From contig CAVVLO010000001.1 of the NCBI GenBank assembly GCA_963749155.1, forward strand, positions 256,001 through 320,000: a DNA stretch of 64,000 nucleotides, written 5' to 3'. The stretch is from an uncultured Armatimonadia bacterium. Its GTDB lineage: Bacteria; Armatimonadota; Zipacnadia; CAVVLO01. The notes below the pieces were generated by a model. That model did no database searches, was not told the DNA's origin, and saw only the letters and a program-made list of their open reading frames with translations. Shown here piece after piece: positions 1 through 11,014 of the stretch. Position numbers and translations under genes: made by a program. The number at the start of each line of letters is the position of its first letter. The stretch's first letter is position 1.

Positions 1-25
1 AGCTGCGCTTGCGCGCGCGCTGCTG

Positions 26-1208
26 GTGATGCTTTTTATTACCTTGCCGGCTGACTACTGGCCTATGCGCCTGGCCTCGATGCCGCAACTGTTGTTTACG
101 GCGCTCACTCTGGTTGTGGCCCTCATCCTGCTTGCCGCGGCTTATGGGCACCCGCGCAGTTGGTGGCTTGCCCGGACAGGACTTTTGGTTGACACCCTGG
201 GGCTGGTCTTCTGGATAATGGCGACGGGAGGCATCCATAGCCCCCTTGTGCCTTTCTGCTATCTCCTCCCCCTGGTCGCGGTCGCGGTCGCGGACGCTGG
301 CTGGGCTGCTACCCTGGCTGGCGCGCTTACAGTTGCGCTCGTGGGGCTTGCCGGATGGGGGCTTGCTCCTGAGGCTGCCCTTGCAAAAGTTGCCTTGCAG
401 GCGCCTTTGATGTTGCTGGTAGGGCTTGCTGCAAGTTATCTTGGATACAGGCTTTCGGTAGAAGAAGCGAGATATCTTGATGCCGAGCCGGGTGCTCGAA
501 ACTTTCCAACACCAGATTGGCGAGGCCAGGCGCGCCTATCAGCGACTTGCAACAGGCCAGCTAAGCACTTGCGAGGGCATCTTGCTCGAGGCCGAGGTGT
601 TGCCTGCCGCCGTCAGTTATGGGGGAGATTTCCTTTTTCAACCTCACCGGGCGAGGGCCGGCTGGCTTTGATGGCCTTCGATGTCTGCGGCAAGCGAGTG
701 ACCGGGGCGACTACCGGGCCCTTGTTGCGATATGCGCTCAAGGCGGCTCAGGCGGCTTCGCAGAAGCCGGAAGAGCAGCTTGCCTTCCTGGACGAGCTAC
801 TTGAGGGAGAGCTTTCGCACGAGCAGTTTGTAGCCGCAACTTATGTGTTGATGGACCATAGCGAGAGAACCGTCCAGGTGTTCAACAGGGGGATGCCCCC
901 TGCTGCCATTGTTAGCCCGGGTGAAGTGAGATTGCTTGCCGAAAGTGGCCCCCCTCTTGGGATTGGGGGGGGAGTCGATGGAAGCCAGCCGCTTCGTGCT
1001 GGCCCCTGGCGAGCTGCTGGTAATCTACTCCGATGGGCTGCTAGAGCTGCTGGAAGAAGGCGAAGCGCTGGAGGCGCTCAGCGAGTTGCTGCTGCTTGCG
1101 GACGCCTCCTGCGCCGAGGCGTTGCTGGCTTCCTTGTTTGAGAGAGTGCAACGCGCTCAGGTCAGGCGCGATGATGTGTCGGTTGCTGTACTTGGATTCA
1201 ACGACTAG
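26..1208 (+). CDS. Membrane-anchored PP2C/SpoIIE(RsbU)-family Ser/Thr phosphatase; frameshifted in the assembly, 5' end may lie upstream of the window
   Basis: N-terminal TM helices (GGIHSPLVPFCY). PP2C motifs are spread over frames: LPAAVSYGGDF (477 frame), AFDVCGK..FVAATY..NRGMPP..GPPLGI (26 frame), LAPGELLVIYSDGL..RRDDVSVAV (936 frame). Shifts near 470, 635 (T run) and 965 (G run). Confidence 0.8.
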
Positions 1209-1254
1209 CCGGCTGCGGCTTGTGCGATAACAAAAGGAGAGTAGACTTAATTCT

Positions 1255-4200
1255 ATGGGCCAGGTGCTGCTGCTTACCGGCGAAGCTCGAAGTGGAAAGA
1301 GCAGGTGGGTCTTCGAGGTGATCTGCCGAGGTCTCAGACGCGCCGAAGGGCGCCCTGAGGTGCTGGTTGTGCTGCCTTCAAGGCTGGCCGTCAGAGAGCT
1401 TTCCCATAGACTCACCGAGCAGTTTCCCGTGCTTCAGGGAATACGCCTGTTAACCCCCAAAGCGGTTGCCCTGGAAGTGCTGCGCAACGCGGGAGCGGCC
1501 GTGTCAATTGCCAAACCGTGGCAGGAACTGCTGCTGGTTAAGGCTGCCCTTGACGAAGCAAGCCAGGCCGGCAAGCTTTCCGAACTGGCGCCCCTGGCCG
1601 AGCTCTCCTTGCCCCCTGTCGCCCTGCTCAATCAGCTTAAGGAACTCTCCCGGCTCGGGCTTGCGCCTGAGACGCTGCGCAAAGCCACTCGCACAAAACA
1701 ATTCGCCAAGGCCGCAGAGCTTGCCTTGCTGCTTGCCACCTGGCGCAAGGGGCTGGACAAGGCAGGATTGCTGGACCAGGCCGAAGCACTGCGCCGGGCT
1801 GCCGACCTCATCGAAGCCGGAGCGCCCGGACTACCTGACTGGCCAAGTTTACTGGTGGATGATTTTCAAGATTTCACCTCGGATGAGCAGCGTTTGCTGG
1901 CCGCCCTGGCTCACCGGGCAGGCGAGACCTGTTTTACCTTCCGCTATGTAGAGGGTAAACCGCGCCTGTACGAAGCCCAGGAACGCGCGCTTTTCATTGG
2001 AGACAGACTGCCAGAATACCGCGAACGCGTTTTGCCGACCCCGCAGGCTAGTTCGCAGCTGGAGAGGCTGGGCCAGCGATTGTTTGCCGAGGCTGAGGAA
2101 TCGTCTTCAAATCAGCCTGAAGAAGCCACGGCAGTGTTTGTTTACGAAGCCACAGCCTTGCGCGAGGAGTGCGATGCGGCGGCCCGGCTCCTGATCGAGC
2201 TGGCCAGGCTTGAGGGTTACGAGTGGAAGGAGCTGGCACTTTTCTATCCCGCTCCATCGGTCTATGAGCCAGCCCTTGCGGCCTCGCTGGCGCGTTATCG
2301 AGTGCCCTCGACCCTCAGTGCAAGCCAGTCCCTTGCGGGCGCGCTGGCCCCGAGACTGGCTCTCAGTCTGCTGGAGCTTGCTGAAGGGACGGCAACGACC
2401 TCAACGCTGGAGCCGCTGCTGCAGACCCAGTGGCCTTTTGCCTCAGAAGAAGCCAGAGAAGCTATCCAGGCGGAACTGGCCCAGGCCAGGCTTCGCGGGG
2501 TAGAGACTCCTCCTGGCACTCTCATCGAGCACGCGCTGGACCGGGCGCTCGAAAGCGTTGCCCTGGCTGCCTGGCACAAGTTGTCTGAAAGTCTGGCTGA
2601 ATTCCGCAAGCTGCCCGGACTGCCTGAACTGGCCGAGGAGCTTGGCCTTCTGCTTCAGAAGGCTTTGCCTGCTCTGCTTGCCCTGCCAGAGGATACACTG
2701 CCGGTGCAGTGCCAGGCTTTATCGTTAGTGCTTGATTGCCTGGCGGCGCCCTTGCTTGCTTCTGAGGCGAAGCTGCCTGCTGTCCAGGCTGCCCGAGCCA
2801 GACTCGTAGCGCTGGTTGCCGAGGGGCAGCTCAGAGCACCCGCTTCAAGTGAAGGGGGAGTGATTTGCGCCTCAGTTGACCAGGCCAGGTCTTGCGCGCC
2901 AAAAGTTGCTGTGCTGGTCGGGCTGGAAGACGGGGTATTTCCTGTAAAGGCTACGGCTTCTCCCCTCCTGCGCGAAAGTGAGAAACAGGCCCTCGGCGCC
3001 AAACTCGGGGGGCTTTTCGTTGCTCAGAGCTGGCAGGAGGCTCGTGAAAGACGGCTCTTCCAGACGGTGGTTACGCGCCCGAGCGAAAGGTTGTACCTGC
3101 TGCGTTCGACGATGGACGAACAGGGCAGACCGAAACTCCCTTCGCCCTTCCTTGCGGAACTCAGACGCCATCTTGCCTTCACCGAAGGCAGTCCCAACTG
3201 GCGCAGGCAGCGGGTGGGCGAGGTGTTGCCGTCACCCGAGGAAGCCGGCAGTCACGAAGAACTGCTGGATTCGCTGGCTTTGGCGCTGCAGTCGGCTTAC
3301 TGGCCTGATGAAGCGCACCAGATTGCCGCAACCGTTGCCGCCTGGAACCTTGTGCAGGGCAGCGCGCGCGCCCTGGCGCAACTGGCAGAGCGACTTCGGG
3401 CTTCCGCCTATAGTGAAGCGCGCGAACTCCCTGCCCCAGCCGTGCTTGGCGAGTTGAAGTCACTTGCCACGCGGATGACGGCGACCCAGCTCGATGATTT
3501 CCGCAATTGCCCGCTCAAGTATTATTTCGGGACGCTGCTGAGACTGAGGGCGCCTGAGGACGAACCCTATGCCCTGCTGCGCGGGATTGCCGCTCACGAG
3601 GCGCTTTCCTGGCTCGGGCGTAATCTGCTGCACGGCAAGCCCAGACCCGAACTGGCTGCTCTGGCTGCGAGCGAGGTGGCCGAGTGGCTTCTGAAGGCGC
3701 GCGAAGAGGGCCTTCACAAGGCCGACAAGCCTGGCTCGCCGCTTGCTCCCGCCGAGAAGGCCGCGCTGGAGGCCTGGCTTGGCCGGGTGCTGCACCTGTG
3801 GTGGCAGTGGGAGCTTGCCAGCGAGGATACTTTTATACCCGAGCGATTTGAATTGGCCTTTGGCGAGGGCGCGCAGGCCGAGTTGCCAGCTCTCTCGCTT
3901 CACTTCCCAGAGCTGGACCTGCGCCTTGAGATGGAGGGCAGGCTGGATCGCCTGGATAAAACTCCTGACGGGGCCCTGCGCCTGGTGGATTACAAGAGCA
4001 GTTCGGCTGACCCCAGCACTTATACCCCGGGCAAGCCAGGTACGCTCAGGTCGCTGCAGCTTGCCCTTTACGCGCTGGCGGTAGCCAGGCTGGGTCAGGT
4101 TGTCGCCGCCGATTATGTGCTGTTGCAAGGGCTGGAAAGCAAATCCGACACCCTCGCAAGCAGCCTGGGAGAACCCGCGGCTCGCAAGCTGCTACTAGAC

Positions 4201-4344
4201 ACCGTGGCCAATACTCTGACGGCGCTGATGGCTGGAGGATACCAGCCGCCCGAGGACGACACCGTCTGCAGAGGTTGCAAATATCTGGCAGTATGCCGCA
4301 GAGACCGTTACAGGGAGGCGCTGACCAGTGAGTCGCGGCCCTGA
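1255..4344 (+). CDS. addB: AddB/RexB-like helicase-nuclease subunit (degenerate helicase plus C-terminal PD-(D/E)xK nuclease)
   Basis: GEARSGKS P-loop-like motif, VDDFQDF, CPLKYYF, GRLDRLD..VDYKS, LQLALYA, CRGCKYLAVC; overlaps the addA-like gene. Confidence 0.8.
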   Translation: MGQVLLLTGEARSGKSRWVFEVICRGLRRAEGRPEVLVVLPSRLAVRELSHRLTEQFPVLQGIRLLTPKAVALEVLRNAGAAVSIAKPWQELLLVKAALDEASQAGKLSELAPLAELSLPPVALLNQLKELSRLGLAPETLRKATRTKQFAKAAELALLLATWRKGLDKAGLLDQAEALRRAADLIEAGAPGLPDWPSLLVDDFQDFTSDEQRLLAALAHRAGETCFTFRYVEGKPRLYEAQERALFIGDRLPEYRERVLPTPQASSQLERLGQRLFAEAEESSSNQPEEATAVFVYEATALREECDAAARLLIELARLEGYEWKELALFYPAPSVYEPALAASLARYRVPSTLSASQSLAGALAPRLALSLLELAEGTATTSTLEPLLQTQWPFASEEAREAIQAELAQARLRGVETPPGTLIEHALDRALESVALAAWHKLSESLAEFRKLPGLPELAEELGLLLQKALPALLALPEDTLPVQCQALSLVLDCLAAPLLASEAKLPAVQAARARLVALVAEGQLRAPASSEGGVICASVDQARSCAPKVAVLVGLEDGVFPVKATASPLLRESEKQALGAKLGGLFVAQSWQEARERRLFQTVVTRPSERLYLLRSTMDEQGRPKLPSPFLAELRRHLAFTEGSPNWRRQRVGEVLPSPEEAGSHEELLDSLALALQSAYWPDEAHQIAATVAAWNLVQGSARALAQLAERLRASAYSEARELPAPAVLGELKSLATRMTATQLDDFRNCPLKYYFGTLLRLRAPEDEPYALLRGIAAHEALSWLGRNLLHGKPRPELAALAASEVAEWLLKAREEGLHKADKPGSPLAPAEKAALEAWLGRVLHLWWQWELASEDTFIPERFELAFGEGAQAELPALSLHFPELDLRLEMEGRLDRLDKTPDGALRLVDYKSSSADPSTYTPGKPGTLRSLQLALYALAVARLGQVVAADYVLLQGLESKSDTLASSLGEPAARKLLLDTVANTLTALMAGGYQPPEDDTVCRGCKYLAVCRRDRYREALTSESRP

Positions 4345-7300
4345 AGCCAATGCAGAACAACGCCAGGCCATCGAATGCCGGGCGCCCAGGCTGGTGCTGA
4401 AAGCTGGCGCAGGCTCCGGCAAGACCTGGACACTAATCGAGCATTATGTTGCGCTGGTCGAAGAAGGCCTTTATTCGCCCGAGCAGATACTGCTGATAAC
4501 CTTCACCGAGAAAGCCGCAAGCGAACTCAAAGAGCGGTTGCTGGCCAGGTTCGAGACGCAAGGCGAGGCCCGGCTGGAATCCGTCCGGCGCGCCACAGTG
4601 GGTACAATCCATTCCTTCTGCAGGGGATTGCTTGCCGATTATCCCACCGAAGCCGGCGTGCCGCCGGCCTTCGACGTGATGGAAGAAGCCCGGGCCCGGT
4701 TGCTTGCCCGAGAAGTCGCCGAATCACTTATTGAGGGGCTGCTTGCCCAGGATAATGTCGACGCCCAGCGCGCCCTGGCACTGCTGGAAGAGCCTGGCAA
4801 ACTGACCGATGCCCTGCTGCGCCTTAATGAGGAGCGCCGCAATCTGGGCGTTGCCGATTTGCCCGAGCCCAGGCTGGAACTGCCAAAGCCCGATTTGGAC
4901 AGGTTGCTTGCGCTTACCCGCGAGATATTCGAGATGCCGCCCCTGCTTACAAAACAGGGCAAACCGAATTCCAACTGGGAGAAAGTCCACGCGGCTTTCG
5001 CGTTGGTACTGCCGACTCTCGAGGGGATTCTTGCCGGCGAACTGGACCCGGGGCTTCTGCTTTGGGTGCTGTCACGTTATTCGCTGAATGGCCACGTCTT
5101 CAAAGCTAACGACGAAGGCGATTGGGGGCGTTTTGCTCGCGAACTGCCCCCGTTGCTTGAGGAAGTAAAAGGGTGGGCGCTCGAAAGCCTGGCCTTGCCG
5201 CTGCGCCAGGCGCTGACGAACCTGGTCCTGGCTTATGAAGCAAGGCTCTGGCAGGCCAAACTGGTCCATGGGGCACTTGATTTTAACGATCTGATGCAGC
5301 GCGCGGTAGACCTCTTGGAGGCCCGGCCTGACGTGCTGGCCGAGGTTGGGCAGCGTTACAAGGTCGTGCTGCTGGACGAGGCGCAGGATGTCAACTTCCT
5401 GCAACACAGGCTGGTAGAACTGCTGGCGAAGCAGTCGGGTTGTTCTTTGCGACTTGTGGGCGACCCCTTGCAGTCCATCTACTCCTGGCGAGGCGCCCTG
5501 CCGGAGCTCTTCACGCGCCAGCTCGAAGCCGGTCATAGCTCACTGCTCTATAATTATCGGGCTCATCCCAGGCTGATAGATTTCACCAACTTTGCCGGGC
5601 GGCAGTTTTACAAGGCCGCCAGAGGCGAACAACTCGAGCCAGGCCTTATTGCGCGCAAGGCGCAGCCGGCCAAGGGCGATCCAGTTCCGGACAATCCTCG
5701 GGTGCTGGTGCTGAAACAAGGCGCCCAGGGTGAGACTGGCCGACGCGCCCTGGAGCTTCGACTGGAGCAGGCTGATGCCCTCGCCGCGCTGGTGCAACAG
5801 CTTGTGGACAGCCAGGATTATCTCGTCCAGAAGGGTGACGAGTATCTCCCGGCCACTTATGGCGATATCTGCATCCTGTATAGAGCAGGCGCCATCGCCC
5901 CCCTCCTCGAGGCTGCCTTTGAGCGCGCGCGTATCCCTTATTTCGTCGAGGGCAACCGGGCCTTCTACGGCAGGCAGGAAGTACAGGATCTGATTAGCCT
6001 GCTGCGTTTTCTTATAAATCCCGCTGATGAGGTGCGGCTTGCGGCGGTGCTGCGTTCACCACTGGTCGCACTTTCAGAAGAAGGGCTTTTCCGACTGCGG
6101 TACCGCAACGGCAGACCCCTGCCCCTGGGCCTCTGGGCGCAGGCAAAAATGGCGTATGCGCGCGAAGAGTTGCCAGCCGAGGATAAAGACCGGCTGGCCG
6201 CTTTCGTGACCTTGATTGGACGACTGCACCAGCTAGCCGCAACCTCAGGGCCAGGCGCGGTACTCGAAGCCGCCGTCAGCCAGACAGGCTATAAGGCAAG
6301 TCTGCTGGGTGGGCGAGGGGCTGCCCGGCGTTACTCCAACGTTGCCAAGTTGCTGCGGCAAGCCGATGAAGCTGGCAGGCAGGGGCTCTCGATGGGAGAA
6401 TTCACCGAGTTCATCGAGACGGTCAGCACATCCGAATTCGTCGAAGAAAGCGAAGCCGCGCTGGTCTCAGAGCAAGCCCAGGTCGTCAGGCTGATGACAA
6501 TCCATAAAGCCAAGGGGCTGGAGTTTCCCATCGTGCTGCTCGTGGACCTGGGCAGGAAACTGCGCAATGACACGGACAAGGCAGGGCTTCATTCCACCCC
6601 TGAGGGCCAGGTGCTGGGGGTGGTCGTTGACAGTAAACCCGCCTATCTGAAAGAAGGGAAGACGCCCAGCTACGAAGCCTGCAAGGCCTCGCGCAAACTG
6701 CGGGAGCAGGTAGAACTCGCCAACCTGCTTTACGTTGCGATGACGCGCGCCAAAGACTGGCTGGTACTGGCCGGACTTGATGGAGAACTGCGCAATACCC
6801 CTGGCGAGTGGGTGAAAGAGGCCGTAGACGGGCGTGAGATACGCGCCAAGCATCCTCCTTTGGTCGGCGAACTGGACGCGCGCGAGCTACTGGGCGCGGC
6901 CAGGCTGGGGGCTACTCCCCTCAGACTTAGCCAGCGCTATTCAGGGGAAATAGGCCGGCTTCGACTACTGGATGCTCCAGGCTTGCCCCAACTGCCCGAT
7001 CCCGAATACGCCCAGCTTAAGAGGCGAGTGGAGACCTTGCTTGCTGCGCCAGTGCTGCCGGCGAAGCGCAGCCGGTTCCGCGTTTCAGAACTGGTCGTCT
7101 TTGCGGCCTGCCCGCTCAAGCATTACTTCCAGTACGAGCTAGGGCTTGCGCCCCTTGGCAAGGCGATGGGCGATTCGGAGACTCCAGGCGAGCAGGAACA
7201 CGAGCTGCCAGGATTTGGAGATGAAGAGGTTGCGGCCTCAGTGCGGGGCGCGGCTATCCACCGCGTTTTACAACGCTGGGAGCCTGACGCCGATCTGGCG

Positions 7301-7831
7301 GCGCTGGCCGCTGAGGTGGCAAAGCAGTTCGCGCCCAGTCTGAAGCCTGATCTCCTGGCGGCCCTTACGCGTTTTAGCACAAGCCGGTTTGCGCCTTTGC
7401 TTGCAGAAACGCCCAGGCGTTACCGGGAGTGTCCAATTAGCATGGCGCTTAATGGCTGGACTCTGTCAGCGGTACTGGACGCGATAGCCCAGGACGAAGG
7501 CGAATACCATCTGCTCGAATACAAGAGCCTTGCCCCTACGCCGCAAGGGCTGGAGCGGGCAAGGGCTGTGTATGGACTTCAAGTTATGACTTATGCGCTC
7601 GCCACCAGGAAGCTATTCGGCGCGGCGCCTGCTTCCGCGCAGCTTTACTTCACAGAAAACGGCGCTACGGCGGAATTTCCTGTGGATGCAGATGCCCTGG
7701 CCCGGACCGAACAGAGGCTCCGGTTGCTCCTTGGCCAGCTTGCGAACCAAAGCGGTAAACCGCGAGGGAAGCCTGGCGCCCAGTGTGAGGCTTGCGATTA
7801 TTGCGCGGTGTGCCCTGAGGCGAAGCGCTAG
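4328..7831 (+). CDS. addA: AddA-like UvrD/SF1 helicase with C-terminal RecB-family nuclease
   Basis: AGAGSGKT, ITFTEKAA, TIHSFC, DEAQD, VGDPLQSIYSWRGA, MTIHKAKGLEF, LLYVAMTRAKD; nuclease LDAI..LEYKS and QVMTYA. Confidence 0.88.
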   Translation: MSRGPEANAEQRQAIECRAPRLVLKAGAGSGKTWTLIEHYVALVEEGLYSPEQILLITFTEKAASELKERLLARFETQGEARLESVRRATVGTIHSFCRGLLADYPTEAGVPPAFDVMEEARARLLAREVAESLIEGLLAQDNVDAQRALALLEEPGKLTDALLRLNEERRNLGVADLPEPRLELPKPDLDRLLALTREIFEMPPLLTKQGKPNSNWEKVHAAFALVLPTLEGILAGELDPGLLLWVLSRYSLNGHVFKANDEGDWGRFARELPPLLEEVKGWALESLALPLRQALTNLVLAYEARLWQAKLVHGALDFNDLMQRAVDLLEARPDVLAEVGQRYKVVLLDEAQDVNFLQHRLVELLAKQSGCSLRLVGDPLQSIYSWRGALPELFTRQLEAGHSSLLYNYRAHPRLIDFTNFAGRQFYKAARGEQLEPGLIARKAQPAKGDPVPDNPRVLVLKQGAQGETGRRALELRLEQADALAALVQQLVDSQDYLVQKGDEYLPATYGDICILYRAGAIAPLLEAAFERARIPYFVEGNRAFYGRQEVQDLISLLRFLINPADEVRLAAVLRSPLVALSEEGLFRLRYRNGRPLPLGLWAQAKMAYAREELPAEDKDRLAAFVTLIGRLHQLAATSGPGAVLEAAVSQTGYKASLLGGRGAARRYSNVAKLLRQADEAGRQGLSMGEFTEFIETVSTSEFVEESEAALVSEQAQVVRLMTIHKAKGLEFPIVLLVDLGRKLRNDTDKAGLHSTPEGQVLGVVVDSKPAYLKEGKTPSYEACKASRKLREQVELANLLYVAMTRAKDWLVLAGLDGELRNTPGEWVKEAVDGREIRAKHPPLVGELDARELLGAARLGATPLRLSQRYSGEIGRLRLLDAPGLPQLPDPEYAQLKRRVETLLAAPVLPAKRSRFRVSELVVFAACPLKHYFQYELGLAPLGKAMGDSETPGEQEHELPGFGDEEVAASVRGAAIHRVLQRWEPDADLAALAAEVAKQFAPSLKPDLLAALTRFSTSRFAPLLAETPRRYRECPISMALNGWTLSAVLDAIAQDEGEYHLLEYKSLAPTPQGLERARAVYGLQVMTYALATRKLFGAAPASAQLYFTENGATAEFPVDADALARTEQRLRLLLGQLANQSGKPRGKPGAQCEACDYCAVCPEAKR

Positions 7832-9789
7832 CCTGGCGAGAAGTCGTAGATGTGGTAGCCCAGTATCACGCTGAGCGCGCTCCACAAGGCGCCCATAAAA
7901 TATTCGCCGATAATGATGCCGAAGGCTATCCACATAGCGTCGCGATAGAGTTTGTGGCCGCCATAACGCAGCACCAGAGTCTTCAGAATCCAGGCGATAA
8001 GAGTGCAACTCCAGAAATACTCCAGCCCAAAGTTGGTCGCAAGCGCATAGCCTGCCGGGTGGAAAGGCCACCACAGGAAGCGCGTCCGCATCCACATCAT
8101 CACGAAGGTTGCAAGCCCTGCCCCCAGCATTACAAAGAGGCCAGGGATATTGGCTTGCCTGGGCGACTGCATCCAGCCGGCCAGTTCGTTCCACTCGCCC
8201 CAGTTGTGGTCAAACATCGGATTTGGTCCGACCTTGTACGCCCAGTGCAGGTTGGCCCAATAACTGCCTAGCGCCCCGAGGAACATCGCAAAAAGCAGAG
8301 CCGGGATAAGCCAGCGCGTGTTCATACCGCCGCGTTCGGCCATCTTGAAGACTTCAAGCTGATGGGGCATCGGCGAGGTGCGATACCCCCGGCCCGAAAA
8401 CCAGTAGAAGAAAGCGTGCATTACCAGGTTGTTGCCGCCCACGCGCTCGGAGCCGAAAGCGGTCACCAGCAGTCCGGCGCTGTTCATCCCGCCTGCAATC
8501 TCGATGGCGGGCGGCCCAGCCTCGGCGCGCACCCGGGTTATTGCGACAATTATGGCGAAGAAGGCCACGAAGTAAATCAGGATGGCCCACAGGTCCATCC
8601 CTGCCCTCAGGCAGAACCACACGATAAAAACGAAGCCACCGGCAATCATCAGCAGCGAGGTGCGATAAGTAATCGGTTCGTTTTCATCGCCCGGTTCGAT
8701 ACGCCCGGAGAGGGCCTTACGGAAAGTGTGGGCAAAGTAGTGCCGGCCAATCCAGAAAGGCACCAGGAAAAGCGCGAACCAGGCGCCAAAAGACTGTTCG
8801 TTGAGGTAGGGGTTGCCTGGGTTGCCGGCCGAGCCGAAGGCTGCCAGGCTGACCAGCATCACCCGCTTGAAAAGGAAGAAGAACCAAATCGAAAAAGAGA
8901 GATCTTTCGGCAGGAAGAAGGAAAGCGCAATCAGGAAAGGATATAGCGGAAAGGGCACAGCGCCCAGCACACTCCAGGGCCAGTTGGCGCTCTGGAATAT
9001 CGTTAGCTGGTCATGCCTGACCGTTATATAGGGAAGCCAGGGCAGGAAGGCATGCAAGCCGTTCGTGAGGTCTATGCCCGCGCCAATCGCAATGCCAATC
9101 CAAAGCAGGCGATGGGTGAAGAAATGCTTCGAGCCGCCCTCGCGCGTCATCGCCATCGGCAGTTCGATGATGGGATAACTCAGCTTCTCGTTTTCGGTCC
9201 ACTGCTTGCGGACGAAGGCCACGACCCCGAGCATCACAGAGCTAAGGGCCATTATGAAGGCGGTCCACCAGAGCACTGGGGCGACCCAGGGCAGCAGGTT
9301 ACCGCGTTCGTACAGACTGCTGCCCCCCTGGAAGTAGCCCTTCAGCGCGTGCGTATCCTGCACCGAGAGCCATTTGGGAACGAAATCGCCGAACAGATCC
9401 TCCCAGTGGTTGGAGGGAGTCTTGAAATACTCGTACCAGCCCAGGCTGGGCATCCCAAGCTGAAGCGAATCGTGGGCGGCAAGCATCATCGAGACAGCCA
9501 GCATCCCGTAGATGGTAATAAACTCGGCCTGGGTCAGCGCCTTCGCAGGGGCGAAGCGTTTCACCAGCAGATTGAGCAGCAGCAAAATCAGGATGTTGAA
9601 GACGACACCCCAGGCCAGCGAGATACAGGTGGGGTGACCTTTATGCCAGATGCCCTCGACGGTTACTACCCAGAAGACATTGGGCACTATCAGAAGGGCG
9701 CCGATGAAGATGGCGCGCAAAGTTACCCGCTGGGCCGGCAGCTGAGCCGGCTGCGGTTCGACTTCAACCGGGTGCTTCACCTCGTGCAA
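7828..9789 (-). CDS. Polytopic membrane protein of DUF6785/DUF6784 type (putative OPT-like peptide/solute transporter)
   Basis: Many TM helices; RKQWTENEKLSYP, TRVRAEAG, WWPFHPAGY, LVLRYGG motifs. Confidence 0.7.
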   Translation of the reverse strand: MHEVKHPVEVEPQPAQLPAQRVTLRAIFIGALLIVPNVFWVVTVEGIWHKGHPTCISLAWGVVFNILILLLLNLLVKRFAPAKALTQAEFITIYGMLAVSMMLAAHDSLQLGMPSLGWYEYFKTPSNHWEDLFGDFVPKWLSVQDTHALKGYFQGGSSLYERGNLLPWVAPVLWWTAFIMALSSVMLGVVAFVRKQWTENEKLSYPIIELPMAMTREGGSKHFFTHRLLWIGIAIGAGIDLTNGLHAFLPWLPYITVRHDQLTIFQSANWPWSVLGAVPFPLYPFLIALSFFLPKDLSFSIWFFFLFKRVMLVSLAAFGSAGNPGNPYLNEQSFGAWFALFLVPFWIGRHYFAHTFRKALSGRIEPGDENEPITYRTSLLMIAGGFVFIVWFCLRAGMDLWAILIYFVAFFAIIVAITRVRAEAGPPAIEIAGGMNSAGLLVTAFGSERVGGNNLVMHAFFYWFSGRGYRTSPMPHQLEVFKMAERGGMNTRWLIPALLFAMFLGALGSYWANLHWAYKVGPNPMFDHNWGEWNELAGWMQSPRQANIPGLFVMLGAGLATFVMMWMRTRFLWWPFHPAGYALATNFGLEYFWSCTLIAWILKTLVLRYGGHKLYRDAMWIAFGIIIGEYFMGALWSALSVILGYHIYDFSPG

Positions 9790-9804
9790 ACAGGCGCCTC
9801 CGTT

Positions 9805-10860
9805 TTAGGCGAGGTCTAGCTCGGGGCAAAGATACACGTCCTGGATGGCGTTTAACAACTCAATACCAGTTTCCATTGGCTTCTGGAAAGCCTTCCGGCC
9901 ACTGATAAGCCCCATCCCGCCTGCCCGCTTGTTGATGATCGCAGTGCGCACAGCCTGTTGCAGGTCGTCGCTGCCGCTGGCGCCGCCAGAGTTGATTAGT
10001 CCCGCGCGGCCCATATAACAGTTAATCACCTGATACCGGGTCAGGTCTACTGGATGGTCGCTGGTTAGCTCGGAATATACCTTTTTATCGGTCTTGCCGA
10101 ACTTCAGCGCGTTGTAACCGCCATTGCATTCGGCTTGCTTCTGCTTCACGATGTCGGCTTCGATGGTCGCAGCCAGATGATTGGCCTGGCCTGAAAGATC
10201 GGCGGCCAGATGGAAATCCGCCTCATCCGTCTTGAAAGCTTTGTTGCGCAGATAAGCCCATAATACGGTGAACATCCCCAGCTCGTGGGCCCTCTGGAAG
10301 GCCTGGCTTACTTCCTGGATCTGCCGCGTGGCCTCATCCGAGCCATAGTAGATAGTCGCTCCGACCCCGACGGCCCCAAGATTGAAGGCTTGTTCGACCG
10401 AGGCGAACATCACCTGGTCATATTTGCTCGGGTAGGTAAGCAGCTCGTTGTGGTTGAGCTTCACGATGAAAGGAATCTTGTGCGCGTATTTACGCGATAC
10501 CGACCCCAGCACGCCCAGTGTCGATACCACGGCATTGCAACCGCCCTCAATCGCAAGTTTCACGATGTTGGCGCCATCGAAGTATATTGGATTGGGCGCG
10601 AAGGCCGATCCTGCCGAGTGTTCGATGCCCTGGTCCACCGGCAAAATGGAAAGATAGCCTGTCCCCGCAAGGCGCCCGTGGTCGAAGACCCCCTGCAAAT
10701 TGCGCATCACCTGGGGCGAGCGGTCCGTCTGGGCAACCACGCGATCCACGAAGTCTGGCCCTGGTGGCACCAGCAGCGCCTTGTCAACGATTGCCTTGTG
10801 CTTAAGGAGATAATCGGCTTCCTCGCCAAGCAGTTTTGTGATGTTGTCAATACAGAGCAT
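9805..10860 (-). CDS. fbaB: Class I fructose-bisphosphate aldolase (DhnA/FbaB family)
   Basis: [26 protein letters not shown] (Schiff-base Lys), [13 protein letters not shown]. Confidence 0.95.
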   Translation of the reverse strand: MLCIDNITKLLGEEADYLLKHKAIVDKALLVPPGPDFVDRVVAQTDRSPQVMRNLQGVFDHGRLAGTGYLSILPVDQGIEHSAGSAFAPNPIYFDGANIVKLAIEGGCNAVVSTLGVLGSVSRKYAHKIPFIVKLNHNELLTYPSKYDQVMFASVEQAFNLGAVGVGATIYYGSDEATRQIQEVSQAFQRAHELGMFTVLWAYLRNKAFKTDEADFHLAADLSGQANHLAATIEADIVKQKQAECNGGYNALKFGKTDKKVYSELTSDHPVDLTRYQVINCYMGRAGLINSGGASGSDDLQQAVRTAIINKRAGGMGLISGRKAFQKPMETGIELLNAIQDVYLCPELDLA

Positions 10861-10931
10861 TTATCTCACCTCAGATATTATTCGCTGACACAAGTCAATT
10901 TATCAAACTAACCAGAAAACCCCTTGTTAGC

Positions 10932-10958
10932 GTTCCACCCGACAAGAGGCTCTCCTGC
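10932..10958 (-). promoter_or_regulatory. sigmaH-like promoter motif upstream of fbaB
   Basis: Minus strand GCAGGA-gagcctcttgtcgggtg(17)-GAAC. Confidence 0.55.
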
Positions 10959-10971
10959 CGCCCCCCTACTG

Positions 10972-10980
10972 TGCTACACT
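10972..10980 (+). promoter_or_regulatory. Extended -10 element for the atp operon
   Basis: TGcTACACT about 35 nt before the ATG at 11015, with SD AAGGAGG between them. Confidence 0.5.
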
Positions 10981-11014
10981 GCTGGCAACAATACCTTGAA
11001 GCAAGGAGGGTGTA

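Noticed and set aside
3480..4344. Cas4 gene
   Set aside because: The Fe-S PD-(D/E)xK domain is the C-terminus of an AddB-like subunit paired with an AddA-like helicase
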